From Zoogloea sp. (GTDB taxonomy: Bacteria > Pseudomonadota > Gammaproteobacteria > Burkholderiales > Rhodocyclaceae): a stretch of 64,000 nt of DNA. Below are positions 50,215 through 61,149 of this stretch, in pieces. The position numbers and the translations under genes are program-made. The stretch's first letter is position 1; every line of letters begins with the position of its first letter. The stretch is taken from the NCBI GenBank assembly GCA_041917255.1, contig JAYRYA010000015.1, forward strand, positions 3,909 to 67,908, read 5' to 3'. The notes beneath the pieces were generated by a model. It saw only the letters and a program-made list of their open reading frames with translations. It had not been told where the DNA came from and did no database searches.

Positions 50215-51264
50215 ATGTTCAAGAAACGATGGTGGATGCGAGAGCGCGGCGAGGTGCCGGGGCTGAGCCTGGCCTTGCAGGGCGGTGGGGCCCACGGCGC
50301 CTACACCTGGGGCGTGCTCGACCGTTTGCTGGAAGACGGCCTGCCCCTCGAAGGCATCAGCGGTACCAGTGCCGGGGCGATGAACGCAGTCGCGCTGGCC
50401 CAGGGCTGGACGCAGGGTGGCGCGGAGGGCGCGCGGGAGAGCCTGTCGGCCTTCTGGGAGGCGGTGGCCGACAGTGCGCCGTTGGAACTGGAGCTTTTCC
50501 ATAGCCTCAACCCGTCGGGCATGGGGTCGCTGCCGGGGCCGATGAGCATGATGCTGGGTCTGACCCATCTTTTTTCGCCCTACGAGTTCAACCCCTACGA
50601 GCTCAACCCCCTGCGCGACGTGGTGCGCGAGCAGTTCGACTTCGAGCGTATCCGCAGGGATTGCCCGCTCAAGCTGTTCATCGCCGCCACGCGGGTGAAG
50701 ACGGGCAAGGTGCGCCTCTTCCGTACCGACGAGCTGACCGAGGAGGCGGTGCTGGCGTCCGCCTGTCTGCCCACCATCCACCACGCGGTGGAGATTGATG
50801 GCGAGGCTTACTGGGATGGCGGGTTCACCGCCAACCCGGGGATCTACCCGCTGATCTACGAGTGTTCCACCCCCGACATCCTGCTGGTGATCCTCAATCC
50901 GCTGGAGCGTCCCGACCCGCCGCGGTCCGCCGACGAGATTTCGGCGCGAACGATGGAGCTGGGCTTCTCGACGACCTTTCTGCGCGAGATGCGGATGATC
51001 GCCCATGCCCGCAGCTACATTGACGAGAGCCGCAGCTGGATGCCGCTGGGGCGCTTCGAGCGCAAGCTGATGAACCTGCGCTTCCACCTGATCGAGGCTG
51101 AAGAGCTGCTGGAGGCCGGAAAGGGCAGCAAGATGAACGCCGCGCGCGCCTTCCTGCACGATCTGCGTGATCTGGGGCGGGCCCGGGCTGCGCGCTGGAT
51201 CCGTACCCAGCGTCGCTACGTGGGGCAGCGGGCTACGGTGGATCTGAGCGAAGTGTTTGCCTGA
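50215..51264 (+). CDS. Patatin-like phospholipase/esterase
   Basis: LQGGGAHGA, GTSAG, WDGG. Confidence 0.92.
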   Translation: MFKKRWWMRERGEVPGLSLALQGGGAHGAYTWGVLDRLLEDGLPLEGISGTSAGAMNAVALAQGWTQGGAEGARESLSAFWEAVADSAPLELELFHSLNPSGMGSLPGPMSMMLGLTHLFSPYEFNPYELNPLRDVVREQFDFERIRRDCPLKLFIAATRVKTGKVRLFRTDELTEEAVLASACLPTIHHAVEIDGEAYWDGGFTANPGIYPLIYECSTPDILLVILNPLERPDPPRSADEISARTMELGFSTTFLREMRMIAHARSYIDESRSWMPLGRFERKLMNLRFHLIEAEELLEAGKGSKMNAARAFLHDLRDLGRARAARWIRTQRRYVGQRATVDLSEVFA

Positions 51265-51272
51265 TCCGAAGC

Positions 51273-52037
51273 TCAGCCAAGCCGGGCCATCACCAGCGGG
51301 CTGACCAGCAGCCAGACCGCGGTAAGCAGGAGCATCGCCGCAAACGCCGTGCGCATCTGCCTTTCCGGCAGGCGATGGGCCAGGCTGACGCCCGCCGATA
51401 CGGTGAGGAGCCCGCTTGCCGCCATGGGCAGGCCAAGCTGCCAATCCACCTGACCGGCACCGCCATACACCGCGAGGGCCACGATCGAGCTGGGCGCCAC
51501 CAGCGCCAGCGAGAGGCTCTGGGCGACGGTCTGCCTCTGGCCGAAGAGGCCCGTGAAGATCGGCGTCGCCACCAGCCCGCCGCCCACCCCGAGCAGGCCC
51601 ATGCTGCTGCCGCCCACCAGCCCGACGAGGGGCAGATAACGCGGCGGGATTCTGGGTGGCGCATCGCGCGCACCCGCCCGGCGGGTGAGCATGCGCATCG
51701 CCACGCCCAGCAGAAAGACGCTGAAGACGACCTTGAGGATGGCCGGGTCGAGGGTGTTGGCGAAGTGGGCGACGCCCCAGGTGGTGGTCATCGAGATCAG
51801 CCCGATGGTCAGCGCCTGGCGGGCTGGCACCGGGTGGCGCTGGTTGTAGCGCCACCAGCCCAACAGCAGGTTGGGCACCATCAGCACCAGCGCGGTGCCC
51901 TGGGCCATGGGCTGCGCCATGCCGTAGCCGATCACGAAGAGGGGAATCGCGATGATGCCGCCCCCGATTCCGAACAGTCCGCCGAAGTAACCCAGGCCGG
52001 CGCCCACGGCAAGGGCGGGTAGAACATCGAGCAGCAT
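51273..52037 (-). CDS. TauE/SafE-family permease
   Basis: Duplicated GLFGIGGG / GLLGVGGG motifs, multiple TMs. Confidence 0.88.
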   Translation of the reverse strand: MLLDVLPALAVGAGLGYFGGLFGIGGGIIAIPLFVIGYGMAQPMAQGTALVLMVPNLLLGWWRYNQRHPVPARQALTIGLISMTTTWGVAHFANTLDPAILKVVFSVFLLGVAMRMLTRRAGARDAPPRIPPRYLPLVGLVGGSSMGLLGVGGGLVATPIFTGLFGQRQTVAQSLSLALVAPSSIVALAVYGGAGQVDWQLGLPMAASGLLTVSAGVSLAHRLPERQMRTAFAAMLLLTAVWLLVSPLVMARLG

Positions 52038-52246
52038 GGACGGCGATTCCGGCAGGACGGGCGTCCCATGATAGTCATCCGGTCGGTGATGTCGATGCAG
52101 GATAACCGACGGGTGTTTGCCCCGCGCGGTTTAGTTTTCTGCCTATCTACCGTAAATACGCCCTCTGACGGTGCATTTGAATGGGCCGTCCCGTTTCACG
52201 TCGCCTGCGGGAGGCGTGGTCGTTGGAACCTGCAGAGGTGTATGGG

Positions 52247-54372
52247 ATGAATCGATTGACGATCGGCAAGCGTCTGGATTTGGATTTGGATTTGTTCTGG
52301 CGCTGGGGCTGTTCGTTGCGACAGTGGCGATCTACAACCTCTTCGAGCTACGCCAGCAGTTTGGCGAGTTTGAAAGCCAGATCGTGGCGCGGGAGCGGCT
52401 GGCCTATCGTGGTCAGGTCGAGCTGGGCAACGCCATCCACTACTTCAAGAATACGGTGCTGCGGGGTGGCGACTACCCTACCAAGTTTGCGGCCAGCATG
52501 GATGCCATCGATCGTATCGTCGAAGAATACCGCGGCGTCGGGGCGGTTGAGCCTGGCGCGGCGCGGGCGCTGGACGAGATTTCCGCCGGCAGCCGGAAGT
52601 ACCGCGAGGTCATCGTCCGGGTGGTGGACATGCGCGCGGGTAGCGCCAGCATCAGCGAGATCGACAAGGCGATCAGTGGTGCCGACAAACCCATCGGGCG
52701 TGGCTTTGCTCAGCTGCTGCAGCGTGAAACGGCCGACTTCAGGACCGCCCGGAAGGCGTTCGACGCAAGCGTTGCGCAGACGATTGAGCTGGTGGGCGGG
52801 GTGACCCTCGCGATGGTGGTTGCCGGGGCGCTGGCCGCGTGGTTGATCGGCCGCAGTGTGAGCCGGCCGCTGGTGCAGGCGGTCGAGATCAGCCAGGCGA
52901 TGGCGCAGGGCAATCTGCCCGAGCGGATCGAGGTGACCCGCAACGACGAGACCGGTCAGCTGCTCTTGTCCATGCAGCGCATGGTGGAGACTTTCCGTGG
53001 CTTTGCCGATGCCCAGGCCGAGAACGCCAGGCAGCACCGCAACGGGATGATTGCGCATCGCATCGATGCCGCACGCTTCCCCGGCGTGTACGGGAAGATT
53101 GCCGCTTCGACCAACGCGCTGGTCGAGGCCCACATCGCCGTCAGCCAACGGGTGGTGGATGTGGTCGAACACTACGCGGTGGGCGATCTGACGGTGGATA
53201 TGGATCGCCTGCCGGGCGATCAGGCGCAGATCACCGCGGCGGTGGATGGCGTCAAGGCGTCGTTGTTGCGGGTCAATCGCCAGATTCAGTCGCTGGTGGA
53301 TGCCGCGGCGAGCGGCGATTTCCATGCCCGCGGCGACGCGGACGCCTTCCAGCACGAGTTTCGCCAGATGGTGGATGGCCTGAACCGCCTGATGGCGGTG
53401 AGTGACCGGGGGCTGGGCGAGGTCGCTGGCGTGCTGGAGGCCCTGGCGGTGGGTGATCTCACGCGGCAGATCGAAGGGGAGTTCCAGGGCGCTTTTGCCG
53501 AACTGCGGGATAGTACAAACACCACCGTGCTACGCCTGCGCGAGGTGATCGGCGGCTTGCAGCGCAGCGCGACGGCAATCAACAGTGCGGCCAAGGAAAT
53601 CGCGGTCGGAAACTCTGATCTGTCGCAGCGCACCGAGCAGCAGGCCGGCAGTCTTGAGGAAACCGCCAGTTCGATGGAAGAACTCAACGCCACCGTCCAG
53701 CAGAACGCCAGCAACGCCCAGCGCACCAGCGTACTGGCCAGTCAGTCGAACGAGGCCGTGGTGCACGGCGGTGAAGCGGTGCAGCGGGTGGTGGCGACGA
53801 TGGCCGATATCCGCGATAGCTCCCGGAAGATCGCCGAGATCATCGGCGTGATCGACGGCATCGCTTTCCAGACCAACATCCTCGCCCTCAATGCGGCGGT
53901 CGAGGCGGCGCGGGCCGGGGAGCAGGGGCGCGGTTTTGCGGTGGTGGCCAACGAGGTCAGGGCGCTGGCCCAGCGCAGTGCGGTTGCCGCCCGGGAGATC
54001 AAGGCGCTGATCGCGGTGTCGGTGGATAAGGTCGAAGGGGGCGCCGCGCAGGTGGACGAAGCGGGTGCCGCGATGGAAGAGGTGGTGTCGGCGTTCGGGC
54101 AGGTCGCTCAACTGGTGTCCGAGATCAGTGAGGCGAGCGGTGAGCAGAGCGCGGGGATCAGCCAGGTGACGCAGGCCGTGAGCAAGATGGAGGAGGTGAC
54201 CCAGCACAACGCCGCGTTGGTCGAACAGGCCTCTGCGGCGGCGCAAAGCCTGGAGCAGCAGGCGCAGGGCCTGATGGACATCGTGGCTGGCTTCCGGTTG
54301 CAATCCGGTGCGGTGGTGACGCGGGACGCAGGGCGTGGTGCGCCACCGCCAGCACAGCGGCAGCGCGCGTGA
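52247..54372 (+). pseudogene. Methyl-accepting chemotaxis protein with apparent 1-bp frameshift near the start
   Basis: [10 protein letters not shown] (ATG 52247) is out of frame with GFGFVLALG...; HAMP repeats and [30 protein letters not shown] intact. Confidence 0.75.
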
Positions 54373-54399
54373 TCTGCCAGCAACGCTGGATGAAACAGG

Positions 54400-54428
54400 A
54401 ATGGGCCCGGAGTCGGGCCCATTTTCTT
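54400..54428. terminator. Hairpin terminator between convergent genes
   Basis: AATGGGCCCG-GAGT-CGGGCCCATT then TTCTT. Confidence 0.75.
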
Positions 54429-54451
54429 GATGGCTTGCCCGCGCGGGGCCC

Positions 54452-55534
54452 TCAGATCAGGAGGTCGTGCCGCAGCGCATCCAGCGTGGTCACGCCGCAC
54501 AGGGCCATGGCGATCTCCAGCTCGTCCCGCAGCAGGCGGATCACATGGGCGACGCCCTGGGCGCCGGCGTTGGCAAGGCCAAAGATGTAAGGCCGGCCTA
54601 CCAGCACCGCGCTGGCGCCCAGGGCCATCGCCTTGAGCACGTCGGTGCCCCGGCGGATGCCGCCATCCACCAGCATCGGCAGCTGGCCGGCGAGGGCGTC
54701 GGCGATGCGCGGCAGCATTTCGGCGGTGGGCGGGGCGGCGTCGAGGGTGCGCCCGCCGTGATTGGAGACGATGATGCCGCCCACCTGCAGGCGCGCGGCC
54801 TGAAGGGCGTCGTCCGGGTGGAGGATGCCCTTCAGGATCACCGGCAGGCGGGTCTGGGTCTGCAACCGCGCGATGTCGTCCCAGGTGGGGGCGATGGTGA
54901 GGAGATCGTCGAAGAGGGCACTCTGGCCAGGCTGCAGGGTGATGCCGGGGCGCGGCGGCAGGGTGGTCAGGTTGACGGCCGAGATGCCTGGCGGCAGATG
55001 GAAATTGGCACGGCGTTCGCGGTCGCGGGCGCCGTGGCAGGGCGCGTCGACGGTGAGCACCAGGGCTTCGTAGCCGGCCGCTTCGGCGCGCTGGATCAAC
55101 TCCCGGTTGAAGCCGGCGTCGTGCTGGAGGTAGAGCTGCATCCACATCGGGCCGCGGTCGGCGTCGTCGCGCACGGCGCGGGCGACGGTTTCGAGGAGCA
55201 GGCTCGACTGGGTGCTGAGCACGAAACCGGCCTCCTGGGCTGAGGCGGCCACGGCGGTGGCAAGCTCGCCGTCGGGGTGGGCCATGCGCTGGTAGGCCAC
55301 CGGGGCGAGGAGGATGGGGTGGGCAAGGCTGCGCCCGAGGAGTTCGACCCGCGTGTGGCCGCCGGCGGTGTGGCGCAGCACACGTGGCAGCAGGCGCAGG
55401 GCGTTCCAGGCCTGTCGGTTGGCGGCCATGCAGTGCTCGTCGGCCGCACCGCCGGCGAAGTAGGCCCAGGCGTTGTCGTCCAGCACGGTGCGGGCGAGGG
55501 CTTCGTGGTCGTCGAGCGAGATCGGTGCGGACAT
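54452..55534 (-). CDS. FMN-dependent alpha-hydroxy-acid oxidase/dehydrogenase
   Basis: GGAADE, LVLTVD, LKGI, VSNHGGRTLD, DGGIRRGTDVLKA. Confidence 0.92.
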   Translation of the reverse strand: MSAPISLDDHEALARTVLDDNAWAYFAGGAADEHCMAANRQAWNALRLLPRVLRHTAGGHTRVELLGRSLAHPILLAPVAYQRMAHPDGELATAVAASAQEAGFVLSTQSSLLLETVARAVRDDADRGPMWMQLYLQHDAGFNRELIQRAEAAGYEALVLTVDAPCHGARDRERRANFHLPPGISAVNLTTLPPRPGITLQPGQSALFDDLLTIAPTWDDIARLQTQTRLPVILKGILHPDDALQAARLQVGGIIVSNHGGRTLDAAPPTAEMLPRIADALAGQLPMLVDGGIRRGTDVLKAMALGASAVLVGRPYIFGLANAGAQGVAHVIRLLRDELEIAMALCGVTTLDALRHDLLI

Positions 55535-55560
55535 GGACGCAGTTTCCGGCTGGGGCGGGT

Positions 55561-56241
55561 TCAGGTGTCGGCCCACATGCGCAGCAGGTTGTGATACGTG
55601 CCGGTGAGGGAGACGGCATCGTCTGTATCGCCATGAGCTTCGCGCAGGCGCATCAGGGCCATGTCCAGGTCGAACAGCAGGCGGCGCTGTTCGTCGCTGC
55701 GCACCATGCTCTCGATCCACAGGAAACACGCCAGCCGGTACCCACGCGTCACCGGAGTGACCTGGTGCACGCTCGTGCCGGGGTAGAGCACCGCGTGGCC
55801 GGCGGGGAGCTTGACGCCCCGGTTGCCGTAGGTGTCCTGCACCATCAGCTCGCCGCCGTCGTATTCGTCGGGGTCGGCCAGGAACACCGTGCACGAGACG
55901 TCGGTGCGCACCCGCGCCCCTTCGGCGGTGAAGCGGATGGCGTTATCCACGTGCTCGCCGTAGTAAGGCGTGTCGCCGCCGTAGCGGTTGACCCGCGGGG
56001 TGAAGATCTTCTTGGGCAGCGCGGCGGTGAGCACCAGCGGGTTGCGCTCGATGGCGCCCAGCACCAGGGCGCGGATGCTGCGGGCGGCCACGCAGTCGTG
56101 GGGCAGCTGTTGGTTGAGCTTGACTGTGCGGGCCTGGGGGCCGGCGCTCTCCCGTCCGTCGGCCCACGGGGCGTCGTCGAGCAGACGGCGCGCTTCGCGG
56201 ACTTCGTCGGCGGTGAGGAGGTCGGGAATCTGCAGGAGCAT
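55561..56241 (-). CDS. PKHD-type Fe(II)/2OG hydroxylase (PiuC/YbiX family)
   Basis: [37 protein letters not shown]. Confidence 0.92.
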   Translation of the reverse strand: MLLQIPDLLTADEVREARRLLDDAPWADGRESAGPQARTVKLNQQLPHDCVAARSIRALVLGAIERNPLVLTAALPKKIFTPRVNRYGGDTPYYGEHVDNAIRFTAEGARVRTDVSCTVFLADPDEYDGGELMVQDTYGNRGVKLPAGHAVLYPGTSVHQVTPVTRGYRLACFLWIESMVRSDEQRRLLFDLDMALMRLREAHGDTDDAVSLTGTYHNLLRMWADT

Positions 56242-56303
56242 CGGCGTGGGGTGGGGAGTAGCGGGTAGTAGGGGGCAGGGGCCCGCGGCCCCTGCCGGCG
56301 CCG

Positions 56304-58583
56304 TCAGAACTTGAGGTTGGCGGTGAGGTAGAAGGTGCGGCCGAAACCGGGTACGTAGTGGCCGGTGTAGAACGCGTCGGCGTACAGCTTGTTGGTGATG
56401 TTGTTGAGGTTGGCCTTGAGCATCAGCTTGTCGGCGATGGCTTCATACTCGGCCATCGCGTCGTAGGTCACATAGCCCTCTGAGTAGAAGCCCGGGTTGC
56501 GGTTGGGGGTGAGCTTGGTGCGGGCATTGACGCCCACGCCGGCGCGCAGCTTCTCGGTGAATTGATAGCTGTTCCACAGGGTGCCCTGGTGCTTGGGGAT
56601 CAGCGACGGGCGCTGGCCTTGCTGCTCGTCGTTGTTGGTGGGGCTCTTCACGTCGATCTCGGCGTCCCAGATCCAGGTGTAGGAGGCGAAGATCTCCCAG
56701 CGCGGGGTGATCTTGCCGGCCACGTCCATGTCGAGGCCGGTGGCGTGGCGCTTGCCCGACAGGGTGATGATGCTGGGCACCAGCGGGTCGGTGTTGCGCT
56801 CGTTGAGCTTGACGCCACGGAACAGGGCCATGCGGGTGCTCATGGTGCGGCTGGCGTTCTCGACGCGGCCGCCCAGTTCGACGTTGATGGCCTTCTCGGG
56901 CGGCACGTCCACCGTCGAGGCGCTGTAGGAGTAGGTGTCGCCCGAGGTGTTGAAGGAGGTGGCGTACGACAGGTGGTAAGACTCGCGCTCGCTCGGCTGG
57001 TAGAGCAGGCCCACACGCTGGCTGGGCTTGTAGATGGCCTGCTGGTAATGGGTGACGGCGCCGGTGGTGAGGTTGAACTGGTCGAACTGGCCCGACATGG
57101 CGTCGTAGCGCAGGCCGGCGAGGAACTTCCAGTGGGGGATGAATTCGATCAGATCCTGGGCGTAGATGCCGCCGGCGAAGCTTTCGAACTCGGAGGTCTT
57201 GCCCGGCACGCGCAGGCTCTCGGGTACGCCCACGCCGTCGTCGGGGGTGCCGACGGTGGTGTTGGGCTTGGTGAGGTTGATGCCGCCCTGGGCCGCGGTG
57301 CGGGCGCCGAAGACGCGCTTCTTCTCCCAGGCGAAGTCGACGCCGGCCTGGGCGTTGTGCTTCATCCCCCAGGCTTCGAATTTGCTCGTCAGATCGCTCT
57401 GCATGAGGAGGTTTTCGTAGCTCTGCATCTTGGGCTGGAAGCCGCGGGTGAGCACGGTGGCGTCGCTGAAGGTGTCGAGCGTGGCGGCCACGCCGCCCGG
57501 CTGGAGGCTGGCGGCGCCCAGACGCACGGTGCTGGCGCGCTGGTCGCGGGTGAAGTCGCCCTTGCGCACCTTGGTGACGAGCTCGGTGTCCTGGGAAAAA
57601 CGGTGGGTGTGCATCAGCGTGCCGTAGGTGGCGGTGCCGTAGTTGCGGTCGCTGGCCATGCCGTAGTAGTTCTTCGGGTCCACCGGCAGCATGGTGGTCT
57701 CGGACACCGGGGCGCCGGCGTACTTGCGAATCCACGGCAGGCCGTAGTTGATGCCGTTGTTGTTCTCGAGGCGGAAGAGGCCGACCTCGAACTCGTCGCG
57801 CCCGCCGATGCCCCAGCGGTAGTCGGCGGCCACGCCCTGCTTGTCGAGGCTGGTGCCGGCGCCGTTGTTGTCGGCCTTGGTGCGCATGGCGTTGATGCGC
57901 AGCGCGGCATCGTCGTCGGTCTTGACGTTGATGTCGGCGACCACGCGGTAATAGTTGTGGCTGCCCACGGTCACGTCGATCTGGTTCTCGTCCATCAACC
58001 GGGCCTGCTTGTTGACCTGGTTGACCGCGCCGCCGGTGGAGCCGCGCCCGAACAGCATCGACGCGGAGCCACGCAGCACCTCAACGCGTTCCATGTTGAA
58101 GGTGTCGCGGTCGTAGAAGCCCGGGTCGCGCATGCCGTCGATGAAGATGTCGCCGGTGGTGTTGAGGGGGAAGCCGCGCAGACGGATGTCTTCCTCGCCG
58201 CCTTCGGCCGCCAGGAAGGTGACCCCGGAGGTCATCTTGAGGGCTTCCTTGATGGTGTCGATCTTGCGGTCGTCCATCAGCTTTTCGGTGACGACGGTGA
58301 TCGACTGGGGGATGTCGCGCAGCTCCTGCTTACCCTTGCCGATGCGGGTGGTGGTGGTGCGCAGGCTGTCCTTGCCCTGGGGTTCGGCTTCGGCGGCCGC
58401 CTTTACGACCACCGGTTTGAGGGTCTTGGTGTCGTCGTCGGCGGCGGCCGGCGTGCTTTGCGCCCAGCCGCTCATCGAGGCGGCGAACATCAGCGCGCCC
58501 AGGGGCAGGGTGGCAGAGGAGGTTGCGGTGACGGATTGCGGTCGGGGTGCCGGCGCGGGGCGGCGGGTATTCTTGTTAGCCAT
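56304..58583 (-). CDS. TonB-dependent siderophore receptor (Fiu/PiuA-like)
   Basis: [36 protein letters not shown], terminal F; Fur box upstream. Confidence 0.9.
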   Translation of the reverse strand: MANKNTRRPAPAPRPQSVTATSSATLPLGALMFAASMSGWAQSTPAAADDDTKTLKPVVVKAAAEAEPQGKDSLRTTTTRIGKGKQELRDIPQSITVVTEKLMDDRKIDTIKEALKMTSGVTFLAAEGGEEDIRLRGFPLNTTGDIFIDGMRDPGFYDRDTFNMERVEVLRGSASMLFGRGSTGGAVNQVNKQARLMDENQIDVTVGSHNYYRVVADINVKTDDDAALRINAMRTKADNNGAGTSLDKQGVAADYRWGIGGRDEFEVGLFRLENNNGINYGLPWIRKYAGAPVSETTMLPVDPKNYYGMASDRNYGTATYGTLMHTHRFSQDTELVTKVRKGDFTRDQRASTVRLGAASLQPGGVAATLDTFSDATVLTRGFQPKMQSYENLLMQSDLTSKFEAWGMKHNAQAGVDFAWEKKRVFGARTAAQGGINLTKPNTTVGTPDDGVGVPESLRVPGKTSEFESFAGGIYAQDLIEFIPHWKFLAGLRYDAMSGQFDQFNLTTGAVTHYQQAIYKPSQRVGLLYQPSERESYHLSYATSFNTSGDTYSYSASTVDVPPEKAINVELGGRVENASRTMSTRMALFRGVKLNERNTDPLVPSIITLSGKRHATGLDMDVAGKITPRWEIFASYTWIWDAEIDVKSPTNNDEQQGQRPSLIPKHQGTLWNSYQFTEKLRAGVGVNARTKLTPNRNPGFYSEGYVTYDAMAEYEAIADKLMLKANLNNITNKLYADAFYTGHYVPGFGRTFYLTANLKF

Positions 58584-58721
58584 GTCGGCCTCCGGAGATG
58601 AATCGCCCGCAAGCGGGGCGTTGGGGTTCATGACCTGAGGCTGGCTGGCTAGGAGTTGGAAGCGCCTTGAAAGGCGGCAACGGCTGGCTTGCCCGAGAGA
58701 TCTGGTTACAATCTTAATAGT

Positions 58722-58740
58722 AATGCGAATAATTCGCAAT
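58722..58740. promoter_or_regulatory. Fur box
   Basis: AATGCGAATAATTCGCAAT dyad in AT-rich context. Confidence 0.75.
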
Positions 58741-58899
58741 ACTGTTTGTTGCACAGCCGCAACGCCGTCATGGGGACCAGGAGCGATTTCTGCCGCCCAA
58801 CTTTGAGCGCCCGGCCAGACGGACCGCGCCCCCGAGGCCGTCAGATGCGGCGCGGGGGCGCGGGTGGCGTGCTTGCGGCGGCGGCGAGGCCGCCGCGGC

Positions 58900-60996
58900 T
58901 TACCAGGTGTAGCGGGCGTTGACCCCGACCATGCCATTGCGGCCCGGCGAGGGCTCGTAGTAGCGGCCATTGCTGTCGCCGACGATCACCGAGCCGATGT
59001 AGTTGCGGTCGAACAGGTTATCGACACGGACAAACTCGGTGAACCGCCACGGGCCCGTCTTCTGTTCGGCGGTGAGGCGCAGGTTGGCAATGGCGTAGGA
59101 CGGTGCAGGAGTGGCGGTATTGGTGTCTTCCACGTAGACCTTGCTGCGGTAGATGCCTTCGACGGCGGCGGTGACGCCGGGGAGCGGCTTCCAGGCCAGA
59201 TCGGCGAAGGCCGAGGTGCGCGGAATGCCCGGCATGGCGTTGCCGGCGGCGACCGGCGTGGTGCTGGCGAAACCTTCGTCGTAAATCGCGCGCAGGTGAG
59301 ACACGGCAAAGCGGCTGGTCAGGTTGCGTTGCCAGGCGGTGTCGAAGGCGACCTCGATGCCTTGACGCAGGGTCTTGCCGGCGTTCTGGTAGCTGGTGCG
59401 GCCGCCACTGGCGGCGAGCACGACGAGCTCGTCTTCGGTACGCACCTGAAAGACCGCGACGTTGAGTCGGCTGGCGTTGCCGACGAAGGCCTTCACACCG
59501 GCTTCGTAGTGGCGGCTTCTGGCCGGATCGAGGCCGAAGTTGAAGCCGGTGGTGGGCGTGGCATAGAACATCTCGTTGAGGGTCGGCGTCTCGAAGCCAC
59601 GGGCGGCGCTGGCGTAGAGGTTGACCGCCGGGTTCAGCTTGTAGACCACGCCGAGCACCGGCGTCGTCTTGCTGTAGTTACGGCCGCCGCTGTCGTCACC
59701 ATTCAGGCCGACGATGTACTGGTCGTCCACCTTGAACTTGACGTGGCTGTGGCGCAGTCCGGCCGACAGCGCCCAGTTGCCGCTGGCCCACTCGGTCTGC
59801 ACGTAGGGGTCGAGGCTTTCGACGGTGTTGGTCTCCTGGCGGCGCAGGCGACCCTTCACGCCGAGGGTGGTGCCCACGAAGTTCTCGTAGCCGTAGCGCT
59901 GGTCGGTGCTGGTGTCGTAATCGATGCCGGCGGTGGTGGTGAGCTTGCCACCAGCCATGTCGCGCACGGCGATGTAGCGGGCGCCAAAGCCGTAGAAGTC
60001 GCGGTCGAAGTCGATGACGCCGCCGGAGTGGCGAACGGGCGTCTGGGCGGTGCGGGGGATCGACTGGTACTGGATCACGCTGCGTTGCCCGGCATAGGCG
60101 GTGAGCTGGAGGAGATCGGCGCCGAAGCGGCGTTCGTAGGCCACGCCGCCCTGCAGGTGGTCGATGTTCTTGCGGGTGTTGTAGTCGAGGGCCGCCTGGG
60201 CGACGCCGCGGGGGTTCGATTTGTAGCCCGCCCAGTCGAGGCCCAGCGGGTCCTCCGCGCGCTGCCAGAAGCCATTGACGACGAAGGTGAGCTTGCTCAC
60301 GTCGTCGGGTTTGGCGGTGATCTTGGCGAAGGCCTGCTCGCGGGTGGCGGCGCTGTGGTCGCGGTAGCCGTCGGTCTTGAGGCGGGTGGCGTCCAGCACG
60401 TAGCCGATGCCCTCGATCTGCCCCTGGGCGCCCAGTTCGGCCTTGGTGGTGCCATAGCTGCCGGCGGCAAAGCCGCCCTCGACGCTGGGCCGCCCCGACG
60501 GCTCGCGGGTGAAGAGCTGGATCACGCCGCCCGAGTGGTTGCCGTAGATCGCCGAGTAGGGGCCACGCAGCACCTCCATGCGTTCGGCCACGTCGAGGTT
60601 GAAGGTGGCGGCCTGGCCCTGACCATCGGGCATCGAGGCGGGGATGCCGTCGGCGATGAGCTTCACGCCGCGCACGCCGAAGGCCGAGCGGGCGCCGAAG
60701 CCACGGGTGGAGATCTGCAGATCCTGGGCGTAGTTCTGGCGATTGTTGGCGACCACGCCGGGGACCGCGACGAGGGCTTCGGAGGCGTTGATGCGCGGCT
60801 GGCCGGCGGTGATCTGATTGCGGTCGAGCACGTCGATGGCGGCCGGCATGTCGAAGGTGGCCGCCTCAACGCGGCTGCCGGTGACGACCACCGGGTTGAG
60901 GGTGAGCGACGTGCTTTCGTCGGCTGCTTGGGCGATGCCGGTCAGGGCGGAAGCCAGGGCGAGGGCGATGGGGGCGAGGGTGAAACGGGGGGGCAT
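58900..60996 (-). CDS. TonB-dependent receptor, YncD/PqqU-like
   Basis: RQNYAQDLQISTRGFGARSAFGVRG, DGIPASMPDGQGQ, YYEPSPGRN. Confidence 0.88.
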   Translation of the reverse strand: MPPRFTLAPIALALASALTGIAQAADESTSLTLNPVVVTGSRVEAATFDMPAAIDVLDRNQITAGQPRINASEALVAVPGVVANNRQNYAQDLQISTRGFGARSAFGVRGVKLIADGIPASMPDGQGQAATFNLDVAERMEVLRGPYSAIYGNHSGGVIQLFTREPSGRPSVEGGFAAGSYGTTKAELGAQGQIEGIGYVLDATRLKTDGYRDHSAATREQAFAKITAKPDDVSKLTFVVNGFWQRAEDPLGLDWAGYKSNPRGVAQAALDYNTRKNIDHLQGGVAYERRFGADLLQLTAYAGQRSVIQYQSIPRTAQTPVRHSGGVIDFDRDFYGFGARYIAVRDMAGGKLTTTAGIDYDTSTDQRYGYENFVGTTLGVKGRLRRQETNTVESLDPYVQTEWASGNWALSAGLRHSHVKFKVDDQYIVGLNGDDSGGRNYSKTTPVLGVVYKLNPAVNLYASAARGFETPTLNEMFYATPTTGFNFGLDPARSRHYEAGVKAFVGNASRLNVAVFQVRTEDELVVLAASGGRTSYQNAGKTLRQGIEVAFDTAWQRNLTSRFAVSHLRAIYDEGFASTTPVAAGNAMPGIPRTSAFADLAWKPLPGVTAAVEGIYRSKVYVEDTNTATPAPSYAIANLRLTAEQKTGPWRFTEFVRVDNLFDRNYIGSVIVGDSNGRYYEPSPGRNGMVGVNARYTW

Positions 60997-61149
60997 TCGG
61001 TGTCTCCGTGGGCGACTGTGGCTTTTCTGCCAAACATATCGCGCCGGCGCTTGCCGCGCATCATGAAAATCGTGATTCGCACGGCTCGTAACAGACGCCG
61101 GGACGCTCGCTCGCTATACTCATCCGGACCCATGTTAACGACATAAGCC

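Noticed and set aside
52080-52240. Possible c-di-GMP riboswitch upstream of the MCP
   Set aside because: Only a GGCAAAC fragment on the opposite strand; the GEMM architecture is absent.
56562-61146. Long plus-strand ORFs (679 and 760 aa)
   Set aside because: They are antisense shadows of the two TonB receptors, expected in high-GC DNA.
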